Below are positions 51,775 to 64,000 of a DNA stretch of 64,000 bases, piece after piece; the stretch's first letter is position 1; each line of letters starts with the position of its first letter. The stretch is taken from NCBI GenBank assembly GCA_028534125.1, contig CM052818.1:29080001-29144000 (forward strand). The letters run 5' to 3'. The notes below the pieces were generated by a model. That model was not told where the DNA came from. It saw only the letters and a program-made list of their open reading frames with translations, and searched no databases. The translations under genes and the position numbers were made by a program. The stretch is from Lama glama. Its lineage: Eukaryota.

Positions 51775-52865
51775 CAAGGCAACACTACTCAGCCATAAAA
51801 AGGAATGAAATAATGTCATTTGTAGCAATGTGGATGGACATGGAGATTACCATACTAAATGAAGTTAAGTCAGTCAGAGAAAGATAAATATCATATCACT
51901 TATTATGTGGAATCTAAAAAAAATGATACAAATTTCTTTACAAAACCAGAAGAGACCCATAGACATAGAAAAAAAAACTTATGGCTACCAAGGAGAAAGG
52001 AGGGAGGGAGAGACAAGTCAGGAATTTGGGATTGGCTTATACAAACTAAGATGTACAGAACAGATAAACAATAAGGTCCTACAATATAGCACAGGAAACT
52101 ATATTCAATGGCTGGTAGTAACCTGTAATGAAAAATGTGTGTGTGTGTGTAGAAACTGAATCGCTATGCTGTACACCAGAAAGTAATACAACATTGTAAT
52201 TTTTTTAAGGCAAAAAATAAGATAAAATATGACCTGGGGAGAGAAAAAAAGACAATAAGCGTTGGCGAGGATGTGGAGAAACTGGAATCCTCCTCCACTG
52301 CTAGAGGGATTGTATAATGGTGCAGCCACTTTGGAAAACAGACTGGCAGTTCCTCAAAATGTTAAACATAACATCACATATGATCCAGCAATTCTATTCC
52401 TAATTATATATGTAAGAGAAATGAAAACACATGTCCACACAAAAATGTGCTCACAAATGTGCATTATTCAAATTAGCCAAAAAGTGGAAACAACTCAAAT
52501 GGTCATCAACTTTTGGTAAATGAAGAACTAATACATGCTATAACCTGGAACCTTAAACATTATGGTTAGTGAAAGAAGACAGCTATGAAAGATACATCAT
52601 TTGATTCAAGTTGCATGAGATAGCCACAATAGGCAAATCCAGAGAGTCAGAAAATAAATTAATGATTGCCTAGAACTGGCGGGGTGTGGATGAGATTTCC
52701 AATGGGACAGAGTTCATTCTGGGGAGTGACAAAATGTTCTAAAATCAGACAGTAGTGATAGTTGCTCAACTCAGTGAATATACTAAAAACCACCAAATTG
52801 CATACTTCAAATGCACGACCTTTATGGCATATAAATTATGCCTCAACAAAGCTATTTTTAAAAAT
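51530..52865 (+). mobile_element. Old L1 (L1MB-like) 3' end with a younger L1 3' end nested at about 51653-52250
   Basis: Outer ORF2 end resumes at 52251 (gacaataagcgttggcgaggatgtggagaaactgg); the inner copy has its own ORF2 end and 3'UTR. Confidence 0.85.
51731..51771. repeat. (TG)20 microsatellite
   Basis: Directly visible. Confidence 0.97.
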
Positions 52866-52919
52866 GAAAGCATGACAGTAAATTGCACAAGGTCCTAAAG
52901 GAAGTACAGATGAGGGGTA

Positions 52920-53475
52920 TGGTGGGTATTAGTAAAGATGATTTCAGTTGCAAAGAGAAAACCCAATTTAAGCTGGATTCTACAAATAAAGGGATTTATT
53001 ATCCTACATATCAAGGAATATGCAAAAAGGACAGTTCCAGGGTGGTTAAGTCAGCAACTCAGTGGCATCTTCAGGATTCCAATTATTTTCATCTTTCCGT
53101 TCCTCCAATTTCCTATTAGCCTTTGCCCTCAGGTCTGTCCCCCACGATCACAAGGTGGCCACCATAGTTCCACATGTCACTTCCCCACCAGCAACATCTA
53201 TAGACTAGGAGAGAGACTATCCCTTTTGAAGAGTGAGATACACCTTCCCAGAAGCTCCCAGCAGACTTTCCCTTACATGTTGGTAATCAGAATTGTGTCA
53301 CTTAATTATTTCTAAACAGTCACTGGTAAGAGAAACAGAATTATTACTACTGGCTTAAAGCAGCCAAGCAAGATTCAGCCTCTGGGTCCATAAGAGGCCC
53401 AACCACCCCGATGTTAAAAAAGTCAGAGTGCTGTTTATTGGAAAGAAGGGAGGATTATGTGGAAGCAACCAACAT
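52920..53475 (-). mobile_element. Old MaLR LTR (MLT1J/K-like)
   Basis: tttcagttgcaaagagaaaacccaatttaagctgg... and cccagaagctcccagcagactttccc motifs. Confidence 0.5.
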
Positions 53476-54573
53476 TTGCCGTAATGAGAAACAAGGAAGC
53501 AACCCAGATAAAGCAATCCCTGAGCTAAATTGTAACATGCAAGCAGATACACCAAGGAAAGAGCAGCTTGAAAAGCAGGCAGATAGAGAGAGGGCATTCT
53601 AGGAAAAGGAGGAAGAAAAAGAAAAAGCATAAAATAAAGACTAGGAAGAGAATGGAAAATTTGAGCTAGTCAGTGAAGTATAAAACAGTGAAAGAGGGGG
53701 TCACAAGCCAGCAAGTAAACAAGGTTTTTCCATCTGTGAGCAATGGTTTATGAAACTAAAATAAACAGGTCATACCTGCTTTGGATTTCTCTGTTTAGTA
53801 CATAACCAAAGCTTCTCTAAGAAATCAAAATAAAAAATAAAAACTCACAAACGTAGTAGGTTTAAACCAATCCTCCTGTTTTTCTAATGCATACCTTCCC
53901 TCTCTTCCTAACCCAACTACCTCCCCTTTCTTTTAGGAAGAAAAGGCCTTTTAGAAAGTAAGACGGGGCCAGACCTTTTGGCAGCTTGTGTTCACTGGAC
54001 TGCCCACTTCATAGTATTGTTCAACATGAAATGGAGGCTCTTTCCATGAGGTAGCCCATTATATGCGGGCCTCTTTTCCTCTAAAACATTTCTTATGAAA
54101 AGTTTCCAAACACAGCTATATATTCTTCTACTCAATTTGAGTGTTTCTGACTAGGAAAGTGGAGATGGCTTAAAGAAATTCAGAAGGGAGAAATGAGGCT
54201 ACCTGTCAGTGAAACTGAAGCCCATTCCTAATGGGTACCCTTTGGACTCAATAGCACTCCTATGGAATGTTACCTGTCCAAAAATTCACGAATTCAAAGG
54301 TGGTCTCCACATCCCTTCTCCCCACACTTATGTAACCTAGTAATGTGAACAGTGACCAGTATCCCACTCCTGAACCTGGGAAAGCATCTTTAACCAACTG
54401 CAGCATTGTTTCATATTGAGTCTAGATGTGGCCTCATCATCTAGGCTCAAGGCTCCATAAAGTCAAAACTATTTGTCAGACATGGTCTGACAAGTAAAAT
54501 CAATTTTCTATTCTATACCAGTCACAGTTAGGCAGTCCTATCCGTAGAGACAGAAGGGATAGAGTGGGAAACA

Positions 54574-55105
54574 ATGTGGTATATTTATACAATGGAATAC
54601 TATTCAGCCATAAAAACCGACAACATAATGCCATTTGCAGCAACATGGATGGTCCTAGAGAATGTCATTCTAAGTGAAGTAAGCCAGAAAGAGAAAAAAA
54701 AATACCATATGAGATCGCTCATATGTGGAATCTAAAAAACAAAAACAAACAAACAAACAAAAACAAAGCATAAATACAGGACAGAAATAGACTCATGGAC
54801 AGAGAATACAGATTTGTGGTTACCGGGGTGGGGGGCGGGGTAGAGGGTGGGAAGGGATAGACTGAGGTTTCAAAACTGTAGAATAGATAAACAAGATTAC
54901 ACTGTATAGCACAGGGAAATATACACAAAATGTTATGATAAATCACAGAGGAAAAAAATGTGACAATGAGTGGGTATATGTCCATGAATGAGTGAAAAAT
55001 TGTGCTGAACACTGGAATTTGACACAACACTGTAAAATGATTATGAATCAATAAAAAATGTAAAAAAATGTAAAAAAAAATAAAAATTAAAATTAAAAAA
55101 AAAAA
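54574..55105 (+). mobile_element. Young 5'-truncated L1 (ORF2 end, full 3'UTR, patterned A-tail)
   Basis: Perfect 13-bp TSD agagtgggaaaca (54561-54573, 55106-55118). Confidence 0.96.
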
Positions 55106-57169
55106 AGAGTGGGAAACAGCCATATTATGATACAGGTCTTCCTGGTAAATAAAGAAGCTTTATGTACTAAGTGCAGACAAAGAGTGATAGAGAATAGTAC
55201 CAAGACGGAAGAGGACTTTTTTGGTTGAGGTGATCAGGAATCACTGTTTTGACAACAGTGAGGATGGCTAATCTTTCTATTCTAAGCCAAAAAAGCCATT
55301 TATACCAGTAGTAGTGAGATGCTGAAACTAATTAATACTGTATCCCAGGTCACTCCAGGTAACACTGCAACTGCATTGAAAAAATAGGAAAGATGGATAT
55401 AAAAAGTTATTTGCAAGTTCCCCACAAGAGAAATAAAAACCCATAATCACTGAAATTTTCTAATTTAATAAGGAGAGAAAGCAGATGAAAACCTGTTTAT
55501 AACTCATATCTGCCAAAGAGAATTAACTGCTGTGCACTTTAAAACTCTCCTTTCAGTGGGGGAATTAGGTACAATAAAGCCTAGCACATCTTGTCTCAAC
55601 CATGAAATAAAATGATCATCTGCTTATCATTTATTTCACACAGAGGGCCTACACCAATAAAGCTCTCATTTTATAAAGCTATGAAGGAAGATAAAACCCA
55701 TAAAACATACAGTACATTTTTATAGCTTAAAGATTTGTCTCTCAGAAAGGTGAACCAAATATTTACAAACAAGCCTACCTCATTATCTTTTTTCATGACT
55801 GATTTTTTTTTTCACAATTTTGGTAATTCCCTGGGTATCTGGAGGTCAGAGTCCAGCAATGCTTTAGGTATCTAAGCATGGTCATTGTAATCAGAATGTC
55901 CTTATTAGGAGGAAAATGTTCTTGGCACTGTTGTCCTGAGCGTAAAGTAGAAAAAAATCATCAGCCCTCTCCCTTATTCACTGAAGCAGGAGGAAAGGAT
56001 GGGACCTGAGCTCATAATCAAGGGTGGGAGATATTGCTTCCCAAAAAGACAAACAGCCTCTCTACTGGAATCAGCACTCACTTTGGGGGATTCTTTTGCT
56101 GAATCTTTGACCCTTTGAATTCTGTTCAATTTGATGGAAATTTCCTTAATAACACTATAATCCAGGCACTGGAGAGATAATGAGGCCCTTCAAGGAGCTT
56201 GCAGTCTGGAAGGGAATCAGACAAGCAAACAGATGATTCCAGTACAGCCTGTTACTAGTGAAACAGAAGTGGGCACAAACTGGAGGATGTGGATGAGGTC
56301 AGCCCTGCTGGAGACAGGTGGGGTTGTGGAGATTCTGTGCAAGGGTTCTCAAAAAAAGCTTCAATATCACTGAAATGATGTATTATGTTACAGCAAACAC
56401 TAACATTTTATATCTGTTAATGAGGTTGTAAAAATATAAACTACTTAACTTTAAAAATAATAATAATGATTGTTTTCTCATAAAAGCATATAGGAAAGTA
56501 TTACCTACAATAAACCACACACCTTGACCCTACTGTCATCACGGACAGGTCTCTCCTTCTTCTTCTATCCTTCATAGAATTCCTACCCTGGAGGGGATGG
56601 AGATCAGAAAATGTGATTAGAATAACAGGGGAGAAGGAATAAAAGTGCCAGGTATAAAGGAGGAAAGAAGTGACTATACTCTCTCTCTCTTAACTTCGAA
56701 TGTCCCATCTGCAGCAATCTAAGCTGGAGAAAGAAAGATTTAACTTTAATTCAAGGTTAAACATTTAACTATGAGATGGGACTGGAAAGCATCTTTGGTT
56801 ATCTGAAAATGATGAAAAGAGTTATGGGAATGACCTTAAATTTCATTCAAGGGCAAAGAAAAAACTAGCCCCACAAAATAATAAAAGGAGAGTAGCAGAC
56901 AAAAATAAAATTGCTTCCTGATTCCAAGGCTGTATTTGTTCAACGTAAGAGATACAGCTGAAGGGCAAGGAAGAGAGGAAGGGAGGGAGGGATGGAAGAA
57001 GAAAGAAAAGAAAACTAGATGGGAAGATTTTTAAACCATGATAAAGGAAAAGTTTCAAAAAGTCGAATAAAAACGAAAGTCAAACGGGAGGATAAAAACA
57101 GATAAGAAAATTAGAAAATCAATCTAAGCGTTCTAATATCCTCCTAATAGGATTTCAAAATTAAAAACA

Positions 57170-58105
57170 AGTGAAAGCCATATGATTCAGCAATTCCACC
57201 TCTAGGTATATACCCCAAAAGAATTAAAAGGAGAGACTTGAAGAGATATTGGTACATCCAGGTTCACAGCAGCAGTATTCACAACAGTCATAAAATGGAA
57301 GCAACCCAAGTCAACAAATGGATGAACAAAATGTGGTATATACATACAAAGAAATATTACTGAGCCTTAAAAAGGAAGGAAATTCTGACACATGCTACAA
57401 CATGGAAGAACTCTGATAATACTAAGTAAAATAAGCTAGATGCAAAAAGATAAATATTGTATGATTCTACCTATATGATATTAATGGTTAATTGTATACA
57501 TCAATTTGGCTACACCATAGTACCCAGATATTCGGTAAGTCTGGATGTTGCTGTGAAGGTATTTTTCAGATGAGATTAAACCTACCATAATGTGGGTAGG
57601 CCTCAACCCATCAGTTGAAGGCCTTAAGAGGACAAGGACTAACTTCCTCCCAAGAAGAGGGAATTCTGTCTCCAGGCTACCTTCAAACTCAAACGGCAAC
57701 ATCAATTCCTCCCCGCAACTCCCACCACCTGTCCTTGTCAGCCGGCATACTCATGTGAGCTAACTCCTTAAAATAAAATTCTCTCTCAGTCTCACTCTAG
57801 CATACACACACTGTTGGTCCTGTTTATCCAGAGAACCCTGCCTAGTATAATGAGGTACCTAGAACAGTCAAAATTATAGACATATAAAATAGAATGGTAG
57901 TTGACAGGGGCTGAGGGGAGTGGGGAGTGGGCAGTACTCCTGAATGGGCACAGAGTTCCAGTTTGCAAGTTGAAGAGTTCTGTGGATGGAAAGTGGTGAT
58001 GCTTACACAATGTGATTGTACCTGATAGTGAACACTACACTTAAAAACGGTTAAGATGGTAAATTTTATATTATGTGTATTTTACCATAATCAAAAAAAA
58101 AAAAA
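57170..58105 (+). mobile_element. L1MB-like 3' end interrupted by an MLT2 LTR
   Basis: gccatatgattcagcaattccacctctaggtatatacc...atggtaaattttatattatgtgtattttaccataat + A-tail. Confidence 0.85.
57479..57849 (+). mobile_element. MLT2 (ERVL) solo LTR
   Basis: atggttaattgtatacatcaatttggct...gatgttgctgtgaaggtattttt...agagaaccctgcctagtata; duplicated atga flanks. Confidence 0.85.
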
Positions 58106-58253
58106 GAGAGAACCGTCATTCATAAAGAAGGAAAATTCAGAGACTAGAAAAAGGCTACTAAGAGCCAGACCAGGGAATGAGAAAAGAGCCACAAAGTACA
58201 CCATTGTGAAATTCCAGAACACCCGAGGTTAAAGAGAAGATTATAAAAGCTTC

Positions 58254-58273
58254 GGGGGGGGGGGGGGAGTGAG

Positions 58274-58308
<35 letters not shown>
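58254..58308. repeat. G14 run followed by (GT)n microsatellite
   Basis: Directly visible. Confidence 0.95.
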
Positions 58309-58312
<4 letters not shown>

Positions 58313-58757
58313 GGTCACTTATAAAGGTTTGGAAATTAGAATGACTAAATTTGCCTTCTCAAATACAATGACGGAATCTGGAAGCAATGTTTTTAAAATT
58401 ATTAGGGAAATTACCTTTAACCGAGCTTTCTATACTTAGTCAAAGTATTTATCAAGTATAAGAGTAAATGTAAAATATTTCAGACAGGCTGAATAATGTT
58501 CTTCACCAAAGTAAACGGAGCAACAGAGAGACTTAGTGTCCATGAAACAGGGATCCAAAAGGGTGACAGAATAATCTCAGAGGATGGCGGTGCAACAGGC
58601 CTAGACATGGGGACAGGAAGGGTACAGCTTCAAGGAAGGTCTCCAGAGAAAGAGAGCTTAGTGAATTATATGATGAACTTGTCCTTGTGCAAAACTGATA
58701 TTAAGAGAAGTTACACATATCTGCCTGAGTGTTTGAAAAAAATCTTTCTCTTCCCTC

Positions 58758-59332
58758 TGAAACTGAGCAGGACCCTGTAGGGCCCACCAGGGTACAAAAG
58801 CCCCTCTGTGTCTCCCAATTCTTGTTTGTAGATAAAGGCTTTAGTCTTCTAGGCCTTTGTGAGTTCCAAAAAGCAGACTCAAATAGTTACTAATTAGGGA
58901 AGTGACGGAATGCAGAAATAGAGGAAAAGCAGTCAAGAAACAATAGTTCAGAGTCCTAATTTCTCTTCAAGGGATATACATAACAATTTGACACAAATCT
59001 TTGAGATGCTCTTCAGAAACAAAGACCTCCAGCCAGAAAGAAGATGCTGACTACTTGCTGAGCACAAGCTGGTAGACCCCAGACTGGTTGGAACCAAAAA
59101 GTTGGTGATTAAGATTCCTAAAACACCACCCTGTTACCTCACCACCAACAAATCAGAAGTCACGCACCCTGCAGCCCTCACCCCAAATGTTGCCATCAGG
59201 GAGTTTCGGTCTTTTGAGCATGAGCCCCCTATTCTCCTTGCTGGGCCCTGCAATAAACGCTGCACAACCCAGTGTCAGTAAACTGGCTTTGATGCATAGC
59301 AGGTGAACAGATACAAGTTCAGTTCAGTAACC
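58758..59332 (+). mobile_element. ERV1-like solo LTR
   Basis: Starts tgaaactgagcaggaccc; AATAAA at 59252; ends gttcagtaac. Confidence 0.75.
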
Positions 59333-59819
59333 TTCCTCCTTCCCTTTCTCACTATCCCTTCCTCTCTTCTTTTTCCTATAAATGTCTGTGTGCTTATATT
59401 ATATTCATATGTATATAAAAACATCCATATAAATATTTTTATACATTTGCATGTTCATGAAAATAAGGCAAATGAAAAAGCAACACAATTATTACCTTCA
59501 GTAAAAACAAAAACTATACCAAAAATAGTGAAAGTGAGCAATGAAATTGGGCTGTTTCAAAGTATTAAATCCTCATGTCTCATAACAAATGAATAGATAA
59601 TGTACAGAATTAATAAATTAAGACACAGCAGCAGTATTTTAAACTATGGAGGCAGATAACAAAAGAAAGAGGCAAAAAAGCTAAGTGTCTGCCTCTGGGA
59701 AACTGGACTTGGGACTAGGAAAGGATGAACCCATTAGGTTGACTTTTTCCCTTAAAAGCCTGTTAGTTTTACTTTAATGTTGAGCCCATATTAGAAAGAT
59801 TTAAATAAAATTTTTAAAT

Positions 59820-60280
59820 TACACAAGGACTATACCAAAATCCAGAATTTGTAAAGATATTCTGCCCTCCCCTCTCCATCAGGAAGGACAGAAGTTAATT
59901 ACCAGAGACAACTGTAGGCAGGCACCAGAGGAATCTACATAACAAACCTTGCTACAACCAGCCTTTATCTTTCATTAATTTCTCCATATATTTGCCTTCC
60001 CACAAGCTTACTACCCTAGAAGTACAAAATCCTTTTCCTTTGCCTCATCACTTCTATAAAAATGTATCGTTCTTTTGTTAAGATGCTATAAAAGCCCAAG
60101 TCCTAACAACCTCTTTGAATTTCTCATGTCTGAGGGCTCCCATTTGTATGCACAATGCATATGTTACTAAACTTCTACTTTTCTCTTGCTAATTTATCTT
60201 TTGTCAGTCGAATTTACAGGTCTCAGCTGGAGAACCTAAGAGTGTAGAGAGAAAAAGGTTAAGTTTTTTCCTCTCCTACA
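59820..60280 (+). mobile_element. MER34-like ERV1 solo LTR
   Basis: gatgctataaaagcccaag...ttttctcttgctaatttatcttttgtcagt...ttttttcctctcctaca. Confidence 0.7.
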
Positions 60281-60308
60281 GCTATGTACTATATGATTTC
60301 AACTATAT

Positions 60309-60860
60309 TGTTAGCAGACAGACCCCTAAATTAGGAGGCCCACCAATGTGTGGGTCCTTGCCGCTGACTATGAAAGATTTCACAGTAGAGGCAGAAAGGC
60401 AAAGTGAAAAGGCTGCTTTTATTTCTCAAAAGAGGAAAAGGAAGGAAAGTGCTTGAGCAGGGAGAAGGAAAGAAAAGCACTCAAGTGGTGAGCCATCAGC
60501 CAAGATGGCTGGCAGAGACAGTTTCAGTGGTGGCTTGGGCCACATGGATTTTTATGAGGCTTCTGCCATCATGTCCTCCTCCTGGGTGAGATGGAACCAA
60601 TAAGCTCTTGTACAGGCTTTTCAGTTCTTGTATGGGCTTTTCCAGTTGTTGATCTGGCAATTGTCAAAAAACAGACTTGACTCCAATTCATATTAACACT
60701 TAAAGGGGATGTGAAATCTTATAACAAAGAAAACTTTTTTAATCTTCTTTATAAGTCTCTTAGACCATGTGTTTTCCTTGCCATGTTTTTTTGCTGCAAA
60801 CCTCTTGATAGGTCTCCAAACTATTATGCTCTGAAAAACACAGGGAAATGCCACCTCTCC
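60309..60860 (-). mobile_element. ERV solo LTR
   Basis: Starts tgttagc; reverse U5-like gggtccttgccgctgactatgaaagatttcac, reverse poly(A) signal ttttatt. Confidence 0.55.
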
Positions 60861-60861
60861 T

Positions 60862-61209
60862 AATCAATTCAGGCTGCTATAGCAAAATACCATAAACTGG
60901 TTAGCTTACAGACAACAGAAATTTATTTCTCACAGTCTAGAGGCTGGAAATTTGATATTAAGGTGCCAGCTGGTCAGGTTCTGGTGAGACCCCACTTCCA
61001 GGTTTCAGATCCTCCTGTTGTGTTCTCACATGGAAGAATGAGGGCAAGAGAGTTCTCCAGTCTCCCTTTCATGAGGACACTAATCTCATTCATGAGGGCT
61101 CTACCCTCAGGACCTAATTACCTCTCAAAAGCCCCACCTAATACCATCACATTAGGAGTTAGGACTTCAACATATAAATTTGGTGGGGGGACACATTCAG
61201 TCTATAACA
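60862..61209 (-). mobile_element. MaLR solo LTR (MLT1A-like)
   Basis: ttcaggctgctatagcaaaataccataaactgg...acagaaatttatttctcacagt...gggggacacattcagtctataaca. Confidence 0.9.
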
Positions 61210-63094
61210 GTACCCTAAGATAATTTCTATGATGAATATTCTAAGATTCCTTCATTATGTAAGATTCCACAGCAATACCTATACAATGGCTCTTACATAA
61301 ATTTAGGAAAATATGCATACTTAAATCATTACTTTCTCTGATATCTTTCTTAAGTGCTGTGAAGTAACTTCGTAAGAAGTCATTGACTAGGAGGTTATGA
61401 ATGTCATTTCAGAAATAAAATTTCCATAAAATGAATGATTGTTTCCAAGAACAGCTTGGATATACAGAATTGTTTTATATAAAACTTTTTATGTAGCATA
61501 AACTACATAACAGATAAATGTCTTCTTATCTGAAAATGAATAAAACACACAGAGGCACCGCCAAACTGTCATTCAGTGTTCTAACAAAGAACAGAACCAA
61601 TTCAGTCCTTTTTAGACAAACAGTAAATTTTCCTCTTTTGATAAAAAGAAATCTGAATAAGGAAAATGTTATGTATTATTTCATAGCTGAAAACTAATTG
61701 TCTTATGAATTTATGAACAGAGCTGAGGAAAGCCTCTACCTGTCAATGCCACAATGCAGAAAACACTGCTACTTAGAAGCAGACAGAGAGAATCTGATTA
61801 AAATGCAGTCACTAAGAAGTGTCCGTCATAGATCACAGAATGCTGAGAAGAGCTCTTGCTTTAATGCCCTGCAAACTGTGGGAGCAGATGCTGTTATTGG
61901 TTCAGGAGAGTCATCAAGGAAACATAAATATGAAATAGCAGTCATGCAAGAAGGTTTAGGGGCCTTGTGGAAGCAAACGGAGAGGGGGCTTCAAAGCATA
62001 TCTCTCCAGATAAGGCACAAGAGAGACATCTGAATTTGTAACAGTTATCAGCTATAGAAGAAGCTCGAGACCTTGACATCATTAGCAACAACTCGGAGTA
62101 AATCTTTCCCCTGTGGGAAGTATTTACTGGTCAGCTTACAGTCATTATTCCTGATTCTTCCAATTAGGATTACATGAAAAATCTAACCTGCCAGAATTAA
62201 CATTCTATGGAGGCTTGTCTCCCCAAACTTATCACCATAGCCAAGGAAAAAGTATCCGTGTCCAGGTCAATTTAAAAATAAATTGCCATCTGCCACCAGC
62301 AGGAAAAACTCATTGGCCACAGAACAAAGAGACATTTCAAAAGCTATTGTTGAGTACCTGCTGCAGTAAAAAACAAAAACCAAGTGTCTCCACAGGCTCT
62401 GGGGCTTATAGTTAACTAGAACAAAATATAAATATTTTCCACTTCATTAGGGTTTAGTCAACTCATCTTTTGTCTTCTCCAGATCCACGGGTACACAATT
62501 AACTTGAAAATGATACTTCTCCTAAATTTGATCTTTCAGGTTAAAAAAAAAAACACCTGTACATCCAGTTCTCAGTAGAAACTAGAATAAACCAACCTGG
62601 TAAGACATCAAGAATATAAAAACTGTCAAGCAGGAAAGAATATTGTTAGATGTTACTGACTACAAATTAAAAAACAAAGTAAAAATATTAAAAGCATGTG
62701 AGGCAAATGCATTTTCAATCCCTATACCAATGCGCCACGTGGGCTACCAATCCTGTCTCACTCCTATACAGTAAAACAACATGGACCTGACCACAGATAG
62801 CCACCAGTGAAGGTCCTCTGACTTAAGAATTTATTTCTGCTACTGGCTGAAGTTTCACAGGAAAGGGAATTCCTAGATCACAAACCTCCTTTGTCCAAGA
62901 TCCATTGTGATGAACATCTAGTTAAAACTAATTATAGTTGACTTTCTAGGGATATTAGGGGACTTGGGGGTATTTTTTTTAATTGAACCTCTGAAAGCAA
63001 ATTATATTTTTCTTTGAAGAAACAGGAAATTATTCTCTATACACTTTTAAAGTTTGTTGTATTTTATAACATCCAAATGATTTGGTCCTTTTTG

Positions 63095-63644
63095 AATGGG
63101 ATTAGGACATGCGACACCAAAATACATTACTGCAACATAAAACTTACTTTGAGCTGAAGGCATTTGAGTTCCTGAAATCCCTCATTTGCCTAAAAGCAGA
63201 GACTCCCAAAAGAACTCAATTGTCATAGGTCCCTTCCATGCGGGCAACTCTAATCTTGAGACTAGGACTCAGGAAGTAGGTACCACACCCAACAGACTGT
63301 CACAAAATTATTGTATCTCCCATCTACTGTCCTAAGGGCTCATTTATCTTTCCAGAAAGTCATTTGTCTTCCATAAATGCTCTTTCACCTGCCATGTCTT
63401 CTAAGAAATCATTTATTTTTCCAATAAATTTTCTCCCTTCCCCCTTCATCTATTAAAATGTACGTAAGCCCCAAATTCTAATCACCTCTTTGAGTTACTC
63501 ATTCTGAGCACTCTCATGTGTACACGTGTTGCACTTGTAAATAAACTTTTTTTTCTCTTGCTAATGAGTCTTTTCTCAGTTTAATTTGCAGTCCTCCAGA
63601 ACTAAACATGAGAGAGAACAGCAGTCCAATTAGTTTTGGGGTAC
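63095..63644 (+). mobile_element. MER34-group ERV1 solo LTR
   Basis: tttgagctgaaggcatttgag; taagccccaaattctaatcacctctttgag; aataaactttttttctcttgctaat. Shares motifs with 59820-60280. Confidence 0.7.
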
Positions 63645-64000
63645 AAAAAGCTCTACTCAACAACATGAATACACACAGATTCAAAAACTCATACCTCCTT
63701 TTGCATGCCCTCAAATCCTTACTTTGTTCCCCTGTTACTGGCAGCACATGACCTTAGATTAGTGTTTGGAGCCTCAGATGAAGAAAAATTTTTAATTAGA
63801 GCAGCTGCCTGCCTCTGGGTCCAAGGCTGAGGCACAATTTATCTAACAGTAGATTGGCTCGTTAAGTGAGCTATCACTTGAATGATAGCTTTTAGTGATG
63901 CAAGTAAAAGGCAGGCATGCAGCCATGTCCTTGGGCAATCCTATGGGGCAAGAATCTTGGGAGAAAAGATACTTGAAGCCCCACATGACCCAGGGTAGAT

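Noticed and set aside
1..64000. CRISPR array, operon-like or viral gene cluster, NUMT, ERV internal genes
   Set aside because: No regularly spaced repeats, no dense ORFs, and no gag/pol/env or mitochondrial sequence recognised; only solo LTRs

Overview
Mammalian genomic DNA, AT-rich, CpG-poor and repeat-dense. It is most likely camelid, based on a tRNA-derived Vic-1-type SINE with a target-site duplication (TSD) at 26290 and matching young L1 3' ends. I can support no intact protein-coding gene, RNA gene or CpG island. The window holds two processed ribosomal-protein pseudogenes (RPL29 on +, RPL21 on -). It also holds many L1 pieces of different ages (often nested), L2/MIR/L3 relics, roughly 15 solo LTRs (MaLR, ERVL, ERV1-like), hAT DNA transposons (MER45, MER119, MER5-like), microsatellites and a 500-N assembly gap. 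Most L1s lie on +, which hints at an intron of a minus-strand gene. The most unusual signals are mechanistic: an exact 104-bp locally templated insertion inside an LTR, an L1-in-L1 fragment lacking its 3'UTR, a doubly internally deleted L1, and an RPL21 retrocopy extending past the usual poly(A) site. I found no convincing novel multi-gene system. Repeat subfamily names come from recalled consensus features, not a database search, and boundaries of old repeats are approximate.
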